Shown: positions 9,350 through 18,886 of the stretch, one piece after another
Position numbering within the stretch: the first letter of the stretch is position 1
Layout of the letters: each line of letters opens with the position of its first letter
Source of the DNA: Candidatus Hadarchaeales archaeon
Lineage (GTDB): Archaea; Hadarchaeota; Hadarchaeia; Hadarchaeales; WYZ-LMO6
Direction: 5' to 3'
Assembly: GCA_038851755.1 (NCBI GenBank)
Contig: JAWCKR010000006.1
Location: 2,216-66,215, forward strand
DNA: 64,000 bases
Made by a program: the position numbers and the translations under genes
The notes under the pieces: generated by a model
Database searches by the model: none
What the model saw: the letters and a program-made list of their open reading frames with translations, nothing else
Told to the model about the DNA's origin: nothing

Positions 9350-9673
9350 GTGGAAGAGCTAAAAATGAAGATGGGGGAAGACGAGGTTTCTGAGCTGATA
9401 AGGAAAGAGCTACAGCAGAGCCTCTCGGAGGAACTCAGGGGACTCATAGAACCCACTCTCCGGCAGTCCATCTTGGAGGGCCTGGACAAGCTGAAGATGG
9501 GGGAGCTGAAGACCTCCGTGATTCAGAAGACCAAGAAGAGGATGGAAGAGAAGTTGGAGAAGATGATAGAGGAGGCCCTGGACAAGACCACTCCCCAGGA
9601 TGTCAGTGGGGCGCTCTTGTCGGCGCTCGACAGGAGCGTGGAGGAGATAAAGAAACTGCTGGAGGGACGGTGA
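9350..9673 (+). CDS. Hypothetical charged alpha-helical protein
   Basis: 107 aa, E/K/L-rich, host-like codon use, purine-rich RBS. Confidence 0.65.
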   Translation: MEELKMKMGEDEVSELIRKELQQSLSEELRGLIEPTLRQSILEGLDKLKMGELKTSVIQKTKKRMEEKLEKMIEEALDKTTPQDVSGALLSALDRSVEEIKKLLEGR

Positions 9674-9697
9674 GGTAGACCGGGCGCGGGGGTAAGC

Positions 9698-10690
9698 TTG
9701 GGCATCCCAGAAGCCACGGAATCCCTGAAACACCTTTTGGCTGGCGGCGCGGACCGCGATGGTGGTAATCCCAGCGTAGGGGGAGTCCCGGAACCAGAGG
9801 TGGAGATTTCCCAGGAGGTGGCCCCCCCGGTGGAGGTTCCCCCAACCCCTGAACCCTCGGGGGGGAGGCACTTCCGTCTTCCCTCCCTCCCCCACCTCAA
9901 GGGCCTGGGAGAGAAGTGGAACTCGGTGGCCATCACCATAGGGATGGGCTTCCTCAACTTCTGGAACAAGAAGCACTTCGTCTTTCCCATCCTGCTCGGG
10001 TGCTGCGCCCTGACCGTCTGGTACCACAGCTTCACCCACTCCCTCCTCTCCTTCACCCTCTCCGTGACCTTCCTCCTCACCACCCTCCTCCTGGCTTTCA
10101 TCGGGCTGGTGGTGATGGACTACATACAGAAGGACCTGGCCTCCACGGGGAGGGTGGTAACCCAGACCCTGGCGGGCATCTCTCTGCTGCTGGGCTTCCT
10201 CTTCTACCTCGACCTCTCCATAGGGGGCTTCCTTCCCGCCCCACCCCTCCTCATCCTGCTCTCCATCATGTGGGCCGTTCCCATCCTCCCCTATGCGGTT
10301 TTGGCTATCTTCCTCCCCCTCTTGGTGGGCCGCCTTCCCTGGTTCAGGTCCAGGTGGGAGTCCCTCAGGGAGAGGTATCCCTTCTGGGCGATCTACTGCG
10401 CAGTGCTGGGTGGTCTGATAATTCTCTATGTGCCACTGAGGTTCTTCCCCATGTACATGTACTCTTCCCTCGTCTTCTGGGGGATGTTCTTGGGGAGTTC
10501 ATGCCTGGCCATGGCGGCCATCATGGCCATGTTCCCCAGGAGGGAGTCGTGCAAGATAGTGGGTCTCTTCCTGGTCATCATGGCGGCCCTGTCGTGGATG
10601 GGGACGCTGGGGGGAGCCCTCCTAGGCTCCCTCTTCTGCATAGCGGCCGGAGCCCACGCGTATGCGTGGAGGCCAGCTTCAGGGTCATAG
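9698..10690 (+). CDS. Polytopic membrane protein with a C-terminal DUF6114-like segment
   Basis: Pro/Glu-rich N-terminus, about 8-9 hydrophobic helices, ending GTLGGALLGSLFCIAAGAHAYAW. Confidence 0.65.
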   Translation: MGIPEATESLKHLLAGGADRDGGNPSVGGVPEPEVEISQEVAPPVEVPPTPEPSGGRHFRLPSLPHLKGLGEKWNSVAITIGMGFLNFWNKKHFVFPILLGCCALTVWYHSFTHSLLSFTLSVTFLLTTLLLAFIGLVVMDYIQKDLASTGRVVTQTLAGISLLLGFLFYLDLSIGGFLPAPPLLILLSIMWAVPILPYAVLAIFLPLLVGRLPWFRSRWESLRERYPFWAIYCAVLGGLIILYVPLRFFPMYMYSSLVFWGMFLGSSCLAMAAIMAMFPRRESCKIVGLFLVIMAALSWMGTLGGALLGSLFCIAAGAHAYAWRPASGS

Positions 10691-10730
10691 GAATGAATCC
10701 TATGACATAACGAAAAGGAGGGAAGAAAAA

Positions 10731-11222
10731 ATGGAAGGGTTCGGAAAAATGGCGGCGGTTGGGCTGGCGTCGGTAGCGAGCGTGATAGTGTTTTCCACGG
10801 TGACCGGGGTGGGCCTGGCGATGCCTGTGAACGACTTCAAGCTCACGGCGGGTAGCATCAACGGACAGAACCTCAACATGTATGTCGGTACCATGGAAAA
10901 CTACGGTGGGAAGATTTTCCAGGAGCTGAGCAGCGCCACCATCTCCAACTTGGAAATAGTGAAGGAGATGAGCATTGGAGGGCTGACGATAAAGACCATC
11001 ATCCAGAGTCCGCTGGCATCCGCCAGTGGGGTGCTGATGAAGTGCGATGATTTCTCGGCGAAAAGCATGAGTGCGACCAACCAGCGCATAGGTCCCTACG
11101 GAGGCAGGGACTTCGCCGTGACCGCGGACACCCTTTACGTGGAGAACGTCAGCGCTTGGGTAACCGAAATGGTTGTGGCCTCCTTGGACCTCGGGGACAT
11201 GGTGATAAAGCTTGAGACGTGA
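10731..11222 (+). CDS. DUF6230-like N-anchored beta-rich protein
   Basis: N-terminal hydrophobic helix followed by FKLTA, SATISNL and FAVTAD beta-strand pattern; GGAGG RBS. Confidence 0.6.
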   Translation: MEGFGKMAAVGLASVASVIVFSTVTGVGLAMPVNDFKLTAGSINGQNLNMYVGTMENYGGKIFQELSSATISNLEIVKEMSIGGLTIKTIIQSPLASASGVLMKCDDFSAKSMSATNQRIGPYGGRDFAVTADTLYVENVSAWVTEMVVASLDLGDMVIKLET

Positions 11223-11766
11223 AACCAGACGCCAGCCTTTTCATTTTTTTAGGCGGGGGAGGAAAGGGGTTGCTGCTATCCCGCTGTTGGTCTTTTCTTT
11301 CCTCCTAGCCACCCCCCTTCTGGGGAATCCTGACCGTACCTTCGAGGTCTGGGCTTCTTATTCCTACACTTGGAGCGAGCTTCACATGGTGGGCTACGAG
11401 AACGAGAACGTTACGGTGATCACCTCTCCTTCCATCCACTTCGAGAACGTGAGGATGCGGGTGGAGGGCATGTGGATAGAGCTGAAGAGCGCGGACGCGG
11501 AGAACTTCTATCTGAAGGCGAAGTACATGGAAACCGATATCATCGTCCTAAACTTGCTACCCTTGAGTCACATAATAATAAATGGTTCGCACGTGGATCA
11601 AGGAATACCCCTTATCGGGGGATTGATGGGTCTGCAGACCTGTCAGACGGTCGATGCCCACATGTATCCTCCCCTTACTTGGTTGGTCCAAATGCAGAAC
11701 ACCTATATAGTGGCGGAAGAACTCAGGCTCAGTCTGGTTTCTGAGAACGTAAAAATCCATCTCTAG
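11212..11766 (+). CDS. Secreted or membrane-anchored beta-rich protein, possibly a distant DUF6230 paralogue
   Basis: Basic plus hydrophobic signal-like N-terminus, alternating beta pattern; TTG start overlaps the previous stop. Confidence 0.5.
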   Translation: MRRETRRQPFHFFRRGRKGVAAIPLLVFSFLLATPLLGNPDRTFEVWASYSYTWSELHMVGYENENVTVITSPSIHFENVRMRVEGMWIELKSADAENFYLKAKYMETDIIVLNLLPLSHIIINGSHVDQGIPLIGGLMGLQTCQTVDAHMYPPLTWLVQMQNTYIVAEELRLSLVSENVKIHL

Positions 11767-12809
11767 AAGTAGTCCTTCGCCGTCTCCAGGGCTTTGGCCA
11801 CCAGCTCGCTGGCGTTCTTCAGGTCGGAGAGATCCAGGGTTTCCACTCCCGAGTGGAGGTAGCGGGTGGGCACGCTTATCACTCCCGTGGGTATGCCCGC
11901 CCTGGTGAGGGAGATGGCGGTCGCGTCGGTGGTGCCTCCCTTGGCCACGTCCAGCTGGTAGGGGATCCCGTGCGCCTCCGCCGTTTCCGTGAGCCACCTG
12001 AGGACCCTCTCCGAGACGATAATCCCCCTCCCGCTGGCGTCCGTGACGGTGATGGAGGGACCTTTTCCCATCTCCAGCGTGGAGTCCTTCTTCTCCATCC
12101 CGGGGTAGTCACCGGGAAGGGACACGTCCAGGGCTATGGCTACCGAGGGTTCCAGACCGAAGGCCGAGGTCTTTGCCCCCTTCAGGCCCACCTCCTCCTG
12201 CACCGTTCCCACCGCGTAGACCGTGGAGCGGGTCTTCGTGATCCTCACCGCCTCGATCATCACCGCCAGCCCCGCCCTGTTGTCAAACGCCTTCCCCGCG
12301 ACCCTGCCTGCGAGGAGGGGTCGAAGCTGCCGGTCGAGGGCGGCCACGGAGCCCACCCCTATCCCGGCTTCCCTGACCTCGGCCTCGCTCTTCGCCCCCA
12401 CGTCGATGAACATGTTCTCCACCTTCACGGGTTTCTTCCTCTCTTCCTCCTCCAGCAGGTGGGGTGGTTTGGAGCCTATCACCCCATAGACGGGCCCCTT
12501 CCTGGTCCGGAAGACCACCCTTTCGTTCAGGAGAGTCTGGTCGAACCAGCCACCCAGCGGGACGAACCTTATGAAGCCTTTCTCGTCGATGTGCTTTACC
12601 ATCAATCCTATCTCGTCCATGTGAGCTGCCACCATGCAAGAGGGCTCGGAACCCCTCTTCACCCCTATCAGGTTGCCCATGGCGTCCCTCCTCACCTCAT
12701 CCACGAAAGGCTGGAGTTCAGCCTTCACGAGTTCCGCCACTTCCTCCTCCCTGCCCGAAACTCCCACGGCGTTAGACAGTTTCTCGAGCAGCTCCTCTAT
12801 CCCGGGCAT
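11763..12809 (-). CDS. M42 family (TET-like) aminopeptidase
   Basis: AHMDEIG, FDNRAG, QEEVG, GTTDA and RYLHS motifs. Confidence 0.95.
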   Translation of the reverse strand: MPGIEELLEKLSNAVGVSGREEEVAELVKAELQPFVDEVRRDAMGNLIGVKRGSEPSCMVAAHMDEIGLMVKHIDEKGFIRFVPLGGWFDQTLLNERVVFRTRKGPVYGVIGSKPPHLLEEEERKKPVKVENMFIDVGAKSEAEVREAGIGVGSVAALDRQLRPLLAGRVAGKAFDNRAGLAVMIEAVRITKTRSTVYAVGTVQEEVGLKGAKTSAFGLEPSVAIALDVSLPGDYPGMEKKDSTLEMGKGPSITVTDASGRGIIVSERVLRWLTETAEAHGIPYQLDVAKGGTTDATAISLTRAGIPTGVISVPTRYLHSGVETLDLSDLKNASELVAKALETAKDYF

Positions 12810-12867
12810 TCATCCTCCTCCCCCCGCCGGCTCAAAAGCTTTTTCCCGCGGCGGGAAAGGAGGAAGG

Positions 12868-13611
12868 ATGAAGGTAATCTACAGCGAGAACTTCCGAACG
12901 GTCTACTCCTCCGATCCAGCTTCGGCGCCAGGTAGGATGGAGGCCATAGTAAGGGAGCTGGTCGGTTTCGAGTTCGTGGAGCCGGAGCCTGCGAGGGAAG
13001 AGGACATCTTGCTGGTCCACACACCTTCCCACCTGGAGAGGGTGAAGGCCCTCCCTTCGGTCTATCCCTTGGCCCTGCTGGCTGCTGGGGCAGCCATAAA
13101 GGCCTCGGAGTTTGCCATGCGGGGGGAGCCCTCCTTTGCCCTGCTGAGGCCACCTGGTCACCACGCTGGACCCAACAGCTTCTGGGGCTTCTGCTACTTC
13201 AACAACCTGGCTCTCTCCCTCCAGAGGTTGCTCGGTTCTGGAAGGGTAAAGAGGACGGTGATTCTGGACTTCGACCTGCACTACGGTGACGGCACGGCGG
13301 CCATCTTCTCGGGCTCCAGCACGGTTTCCTACCATCACGCGGAGGGGAGGAGGGAGGAAATCTTGGAGGGGATAGCCTCCTTTCTCTCACGGGAAGACTA
13401 CGACCTGGTGGCCGTGTCGGCTGGCTTCGACAACCACGAGGAGGACTGGGGAGGCACCCTCAGCACCTCTGACTACAGGGAAATAGGGAGGATGGTGAGG
13501 GGGTGGGCGGAGGAGAAGTGCGGGGGGAGGAGGTACGGAGTGCTGGAGGGTGGATACAACCACTCGGTCTTGGGGAGAAACGTCAGGGCCTTCCTGGAGG
13601 GATTCGGGTGA
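12868..13611 (+). CDS. Histone deacetylase family (Zn-dependent) deacetylase
   Basis: RPPGHHA, GFCYFNN, DFDLHYGDG, SAGFD and LEGGY motifs; ATG after GGAGG. Confidence 0.9.
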   Translation: MKVIYSENFRTVYSSDPASAPGRMEAIVRELVGFEFVEPEPAREEDILLVHTPSHLERVKALPSVYPLALLAAGAAIKASEFAMRGEPSFALLRPPGHHAGPNSFWGFCYFNNLALSLQRLLGSGRVKRTVILDFDLHYGDGTAAIFSGSSTVSYHHAEGRREEILEGIASFLSREDYDLVAVSAGFDNHEEDWGGTLSTSDYREIGRMVRGWAEEKCGGRRYGVLEGGYNHSVLGRNVRAFLEGFG

Positions 13612-14669
13612 GGGAGCTGGAGGAGCTGAGGGAGTTCCGCCGCGAGGTGGGCCCCATCCGTCCTCCCTCTGAGGGAGGAAGCTGTTCCCTCCTCCTGAGG
13701 GTAACCAGGAACTGTCCCTGGTCCCTGTGCAAGTTCTGTTATGGCAGACCATACGGGAGGGGGAGGTTCTCCCTCAGGACGGTGGAGGAGGTGAAGGGGG
13801 AGGTGGAAAAGATGGGCAGGGTGTTGGAACTCCTGCGGGAAAAAGGGGAGGAAGTATGGAGGCTGCTTCCCCACCTCCCTGAGGGAAGCCGGGAGGGCCT
13901 GTATAACCTCCTGTCATGGTCCTCCTCCGGCAGCCGGACCATCTTCCTCCAGGATGCAGATGTGCTCCTCATGCCCACCCCAAAGTTGGTGGAGATACTG
14001 GAGGAGGTGAGAAGAAGGCTGGGGGAGATGGAGAGGATCACATGCTACGCCAGGGGGAGGTCCCTCTCCCGGAAGTCGGTGGAGGAGCTGGGGAGGCTCA
14101 GGGAGGCGGGGCTCTCCAGGCTGCACGTGGGTCTGGAGAGCGGGGACGGGGAGGTGCTGGAGAGGATGAACAAAGGTCTGACTCCGCAGGAGGTGGTGGA
14201 GGGTGGGAGAAAGGCCGGGGAGGCGGGGCTGGAGCTTTCTCTCTACTACATTCTGGGTCTCGGAGGAGAAGAGAGGTGGGAGGCGCACGCCAGGAACACG
14301 GCGAGGGTCCTCAACGAGGTAAATCCCGAGTTCGTGAGGGTGAGGCGCCTGGTACCCCTGAGGGGCACCCCCCTCTTTCAGGAGTGGAGGGAGGGAAGCT
14401 TCAGGCTCCAGAGCCCCCACGGTGAGCTGAGGGAGCTGAAGCTGCTGGTGGAAGAGCTGGAGTTCTCGGGCAGGCTGTGCTTCGACCACTTCGCCAACCC
14501 TTTCTACCTCACCCCGGGGGGACCCAGGTGGGTGTTCGATCAGAGTTACAGCGGTTACCGCTTTCCCGCCGAGAAGGATGAGGTTCTGAGGAGGATAGAG
14601 GAAGGGCTTGAGAGGGAGGAAACCCTCTACGTCAGCTCGGCGAGCCTTTCAGTGCTGGAAGCCCTGTGA
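13608..14669 (+). CDS. Radical SAM protein, function unknown
   Basis: IRPPSE..CPWSLCKFC and HVGLESG motifs; GTG start overlaps the upstream stop. Confidence 0.85.
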   Translation: MRELEELREFRREVGPIRPPSEGGSCSLLLRVTRNCPWSLCKFCYGRPYGRGRFSLRTVEEVKGEVEKMGRVLELLREKGEEVWRLLPHLPEGSREGLYNLLSWSSSGSRTIFLQDADVLLMPTPKLVEILEEVRRRLGEMERITCYARGRSLSRKSVEELGRLREAGLSRLHVGLESGDGEVLERMNKGLTPQEVVEGGRKAGEAGLELSLYYILGLGGEERWEAHARNTARVLNEVNPEFVRVRRLVPLRGTPLFQEWREGSFRLQSPHGELRELKLLVEELEFSGRLCFDHFANPFYLTPGGPRWVFDQSYSGYRFPAEKDEVLRRIEEGLEREETLYVSSASLSVLEAL

Positions 14670-14672
14670 ACC

Positions 14673-14852
14673 TCATTCGGGGAAGGTGATGGCGCCGGTG
14701 GTGCAGACGGCCTCGCAGGCCCTGCAGTCCACGCAGTCCTCGGCCTTCACCACCTTGGCCTTCTTGTCGTTCACTTCCAGCACGCTCACGGGGCAGGCGT
14801 TGACGCATTCCCCGCAGCCTGTGCATTTCTCGGTGTCTATCTTAGGTGGCAT
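14673..14852 (-). CDS. 2[4Fe-4S] ferredoxin, 59 aa (not in the ORF track)
   Basis: Translated by hand: MPPKIDTEKCTGCGECVNACP..DCVDCRACEAVCTTGAITFPE. Confidence 0.9.
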   Translation of the reverse strand: MPPKIDTEKCTGCGECVNACPVSVLEVNDKKAKVVKAEDCVDCRACEAVCTTGAITFPE

Positions 14853-14899
14853 CCTTTTTCGTAACTTCCGTTGTATTTAAACTTTATCCGGGGAGCAGG

Positions 14900-16813
14900 T
14901 CAGACACCCGCTAGGAGGAGAATCCGGTACATCACCCCTCCCAGCCAGAGCGCGAAGAGGACCTCCGCGAGCGCGATGTAGAGGGACCTCCTCCAGCCCA
15001 CCTCCCTCACCAGGGCGGCCAGCGTGGCCACGCAGGGAAAGTAGAACATGGTCACGGTGGCGAAAGTGAGCATCTGGGCGTGGGTGAGGTGGAGGGAGAG
15101 GTCGGACCCTAGGAGCAGGGTGAGCATGATGAGGGTGAGTTCCTTCCTCAGCAGGCCGAAAAGGAGGACCACCCCCGCCACTGCGGGCAGGCCCAGCCAG
15201 CCCACCGTGAGGGGGCTCAGGAGGTTGGAGAAGGGGTCCAGGAGGCCCGCCACCCTCAGGAGCGTGAGGATCAGGCTGCCGCCCAGGATGAAGGGCAGGG
15301 CCACGTAGAGGAAGTCCTGGGTCCTGTTCCAGCTACCGCGGAGGACCGTGGGAAGGTGGGGCCTGCGGTAGGGAGGGATTTCCATGATCAGCCCCACGGG
15401 TTCCCCAGGCAGGATTTTGAAGGCCAGCCTGCCTAGCAGGAAGATCACCGCCAGGTCCAGCAGGTAGAGGAGAAGGGCCCATCCCATCCCCACGAACTTG
15501 CCCACCAGGCCCAGGATTACCACCGTGCGGGCCGCGCAGGGTACGAGGGTGGAAAGAAAGATGGAGAGGAGCCTCTCCCTCTCCGTTTCCATGATCCTGC
15601 AGCCCAGGCAGGCCGGAACGTTGCATCCGTAGCCCAGCAGGAGGGGAATGAAGGCCTTACCGTGCACCCCCACCCTGTGCATGAGCCCGTCCATCAGGAA
15701 GGCGCCCCTCGCGAGGTAACCCGAGTCCTCCAGGAGGGTGAGGAGGAAATAGAAGGGCAGGACGAAGGGCAGGACGATGGTCAGACCAGCCAGCACCCCT
15801 CCCAGCACCCCCTCCCCCACCAGGCCCCCGAACCTCTCCGAGGTCCACTCCACCAGGGGGTTCGTAAGCCTCTCCAGGGCCTCCTCCACCCTTCCCCCGA
15901 CCCAGAAGACCGTGAGGAGGATGGAGAGGAGCACGCACGCCAGGATGAGGTAGCCCAGCACGGGATGGGTGGTCAGGGCATCCAGCCTTTCGGTGGGGGT
16001 GGGGGCGGGGTGGATGCGCTGGGTCTGGTTCGCTATCCTGTGGGCCAGGCCGTACCTGCAGGAGCTGAGGAGGGTGGAGGCCCTCTCCCCGTAAAGCCTC
16101 TCCAGCTCCCGTGAGTACCTCCTCGCCAGCTCAACCGCCCCGGGTGCGGTCCTGCCTACGAGTTTCCTGACCTCCTCGTCCCCCTCCAGAAGCTTCAGGG
16201 CCAGCCACCTGGGGGGATACCCGGTGCCCGCCTTCTCCAGCAGGGGGAGGAGGGTACGTACCCTCCTCTCGATCTCCCTCCCGTAGGAGAACCTGCGTAA
16301 CCTGATCTTCCTCCTGCCCTCCGCCACCTCCACGGCCCTCTCCAGCAGGGTGTGCATTCCCTTCCCCCTCACGGCCACGGTGGGCACCACGGGGACCCCG
16401 AGCTGTCTCTCCAGCTCCCTGGGGTCCACCTTCACACCCTTCCTCTCCGCCACGTCCACCTGGTTCAGGGCCACCACCACCTTGGGCTCCAACTCCAGCA
16501 GCTGGAGGGTGAAGAAGAGGTTCCTCTCCAGGGAGGAGGCGTCCACCACGTTGATCACCACGTCCGGTCTCTCCCCCGCGATGTACTCCCTGGAGATCCT
16601 CTCCTCCAAGGAGAAGGTGGAAAGGGAGTAGATTCCGGGGAGGTCTATCACATCCACCACCCTCCCTCTGAAGTGCAGGGTCCCCTCCGCCTTCTCCACG
16701 GTCTTCCCTGGCCAGTTGCCCACATGCTGGTGGAGGCCCGTGAAGTGGTTGAAGATCACCGATTTCCCCACGTTGGCGTTCCCTGCCAGGGCTATCCTGA
16801 GGTGGGCCTTCAT
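14900..16813 (-). CDS. feoB: Ferrous iron transporter FeoB
   Basis: GNANVGKS, GNWPGKTVE and DLPG motifs, followed by a membrane domain with GCNVPA and PCVAT. Confidence 0.95.
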   Translation of the reverse strand: MKAHLRIALAGNANVGKSVIFNHFTGLHQHVGNWPGKTVEKAEGTLHFRGRVVDVIDLPGIYSLSTFSLEERISREYIAGERPDVVINVVDASSLERNLFFTLQLLELEPKVVVALNQVDVAERKGVKVDPRELERQLGVPVVPTVAVRGKGMHTLLERAVEVAEGRRKIRLRRFSYGREIERRVRTLLPLLEKAGTGYPPRWLALKLLEGDEEVRKLVGRTAPGAVELARRYSRELERLYGERASTLLSSCRYGLAHRIANQTQRIHPAPTPTERLDALTTHPVLGYLILACVLLSILLTVFWVGGRVEEALERLTNPLVEWTSERFGGLVGEGVLGGVLAGLTIVLPFVLPFYFLLTLLEDSGYLARGAFLMDGLMHRVGVHGKAFIPLLLGYGCNVPACLGCRIMETERERLLSIFLSTLVPCAARTVVILGLVGKFVGMGWALLLYLLDLAVIFLLGRLAFKILPGEPVGLIMEIPPYRRPHLPTVLRGSWNRTQDFLYVALPFILGGSLILTLLRVAGLLDPFSNLLSPLTVGWLGLPAVAGVVLLFGLLRKELTLIMLTLLLGSDLSLHLTHAQMLTFATVTMFYFPCVATLAALVREVGWRRSLYIALAEVLFALWLGGVMYRILLLAGV

Positions 16814-16817
16814 CCCT

Positions 16818-17435
16818 TCACCCGAGGGGTTTCACGAAGACCCTTGAGGCCAGCCCCCTGCCCACCGCCAGGGTGGTGTCCCTCACCCTCACCATGAGGG
16901 GCCCGCGGAAGAGGGCGGACTTCAGGACCTCCACCTCGGTCCCCGGGGTGAGCCCCATGTCGGCCAGCCTGCGGCAGGCGGAGGTACCGCCGGAGAGGAA
17001 GGAGACCACTCCTCTCTGCCCTTCCAGAAGACCCGTGAGGGGGAGGGAGCCGGTGGGCACCCCCCTGGGCAGCCGCTGGGCCTCCATCCGCCGGTGGATG
17101 GCGGCCTCCACCTCCTCGGGGATGTGGTGCTCCAGCTCGCATGCCTTCTGGTGGGCCCTTGAGGGGGAGAGTCCGAGGCTGCTGAGGAACCTCTCCATCA
17201 CCCTGTGCTTCCTGAGGATGCCCCTCCCCACCTCCTCCCCCTTCCTGGTGAGGGTCACCCCCCGGTAGGGGTGATGGCGGAGGTAGCCTCCTTTGGCCAG
17301 CTTCTTGAGCATGAGGGTGGCGCTGGAGGGGGCCACTCCCAGCTCCCTCGCCACCTTCGTGGTGGTGCTCCTCTCCCCCCTTTCCTTCAGGCGGTAGAGG
17401 GCCTCTAGGTACTCCTCCGAACTCTCGGTGGTCAT
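16818..17435 (-). CDS. DtxR/MntR-family metal-dependent repressor with C-terminal FeoA domain
   Basis: EEYLEALY HTH, RKHR..E and ELEH motifs; RRLADMGLTPG FeoA motif. Confidence 0.9.
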   Translation of the reverse strand: MTTESSEEYLEALYRLKERGERSTTTKVARELGVAPSSATLMLKKLAKGGYLRHHPYRGVTLTRKGEEVGRGILRKHRVMERFLSSLGLSPSRAHQKACELEHHIPEEVEAAIHRRMEAQRLPRGVPTGSLPLTGLLEGQRGVVSFLSGGTSACRRLADMGLTPGTEVEVLKSALFRGPLMVRVRDTTLAVGRGLASRVFVKPLG

Positions 17436-17437
17436 CC

Positions 17438-17464
17438 TTAGGTTTAGGCTTGTCTAAATTTAAA
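17438..17464 (-). promoter_or_regulatory. Putative DtxR-type operator overlapping the TATA box of dtxR-feoB
   Basis: Inverted repeat TTA-nn-TTTAG-N6-CTAAA-nn-TAA directly before the ATG; TTTAAAT on the minus strand at 17458-17464. Confidence 0.6.
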
Positions 17465-17596
17465 GGACGGGGACAGGATGGAGGCATGGAGGGTGAGCAC
17501 AGGGAGGGACCCCTCCACGTGTTTTAAATTCAGTAACGCTTATACCCCTCCCCGCTTACCCTCCACGATGGAAAAGAGAATGGGGGTGGGCGGGGA

Positions 17597-18847
17597 ATGA
17601 GGATCCTCTACTTCTCCTTCGAGTACCCCCCCTTCTTCGTGGGGGGGCTGGGCACTTACGCCTACGAGATGACCAAGCGCTTCGCCAGGAGGGGGCACAG
17701 CGTGACGGTCTTCGCCAAGAACCCTGGGAGCGTGCCCACTTCCGATCTGGAGGAAGGAGTGGAGGTCCACAGACCGATGACGGTCGATGCCACGGACCTC
17801 CTGCCCCTCATCGTCCCCGAGGACGTGAAGCACTGGCCACCCCCTGCCCAGCAGTACTTCGCCGATGCCTTCATCTACAATGTCCTCTCCTCCACCAAGG
17901 CCTGCAACCAGCTGGTGAAGGCTGACCAGAGGCAGTTCGACCTGATCGTGGCCCACGACTGGATTTCAGGGATAGCGGGGATCACCTGCAAGAAGGATTT
18001 GAAGAAGCCCTTCATCTTCCACCTGCACTCGGTGGAGGAGGGAAGGGTGGGTGATGGCTCCCCCACCGTCAAGAGCCTGGAGAGGCTGGCCGCCAGGACG
18101 GCCGAGGCGATCGTGACGGTGAGCTACAGCATGAGGGACCAGCTGATCTCGCTTGGGTATGAGGAGAGGAAGATCAGGGTGATCTACAACGGGGTGGATG
18201 AGAAGAAGTACGACCCCTCCACGGTGAGGGAGGAGGAGGTGCTCAAGCTGAGGGAGAGATTGGGGGTGGGCACCGATCCCATGATCCTCTTCGTGGGGAG
18301 GCTCTCCTGGGTGAAGGGGGCGGACACCCTGGTGAGGGCCATGCCCCTCATCCTGGCGGAGGTCCCCAACGCCAAGCTGGTCCTCCTAGGGAAGGGAGAG
18401 CAGGAGAAGATGCTCAGGGATTTGATCAGGCAGCTGGGGATAGAAAGGAGCGTGGTGACGGAGTTCCAGTACGTGAGCGAACAGGAGAGGATCCTGCACT
18501 ACGCGGCGGCCGATGTGGCGGTTTTCCCCTCGAAGTACGAGCCCTTCGGGATCGTGGCCACGGAGGCCATGAGCATGGGGAAGCCTGTGGTGGTGGGGGC
18601 CAAGGGGGTCTCGGGCTTCAGGGAGCAGGTGATCCACCAGGGTCCCGAGAGGTGCGGGTCGCACGTGAACCCCGACGATCCCTACGACATCGCGAAGTTC
18701 GTGGTGGAGTTGCTCAAGGACGAGAAGCTCAGGAGGGAACTGGGGAAGAACGCCAGGAAGCGCGTGCTGGAGAAGTTCACCTTCGACCTAGCGGCGGACA
18801 ACACCCTGAAGCTGTACGAGGCGGTCCTCCAGAACCATCTCCACTGA
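17597..18847 (+). CDS. GT4 glycosyltransferase (glycogen synthase-like)
   Basis: EYPP..GGLG, AHDW, FVGRL..KG and EPFGIVATEAM motifs. Confidence 0.9.
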   Translation: MRILYFSFEYPPFFVGGLGTYAYEMTKRFARRGHSVTVFAKNPGSVPTSDLEEGVEVHRPMTVDATDLLPLIVPEDVKHWPPPAQQYFADAFIYNVLSSTKACNQLVKADQRQFDLIVAHDWISGIAGITCKKDLKKPFIFHLHSVEEGRVGDGSPTVKSLERLAARTAEAIVTVSYSMRDQLISLGYEERKIRVIYNGVDEKKYDPSTVREEEVLKLRERLGVGTDPMILFVGRLSWVKGADTLVRAMPLILAEVPNAKLVLLGKGEQEKMLRDLIRQLGIERSVVTEFQYVSEQERILHYAAADVAVFPSKYEPFGIVATEAMSMGKPVVVGAKGVSGFREQVIHQGPERCGSHVNPDDPYDIAKFVVELLKDEKLRRELGKNARKRVLEKFTFDLAADNTLKLYEAVLQNHLH

Positions 18848-18886
18848 CCCGCACCTATTTTTGAGGGGTTTCCCAAGGGTGAGGAT

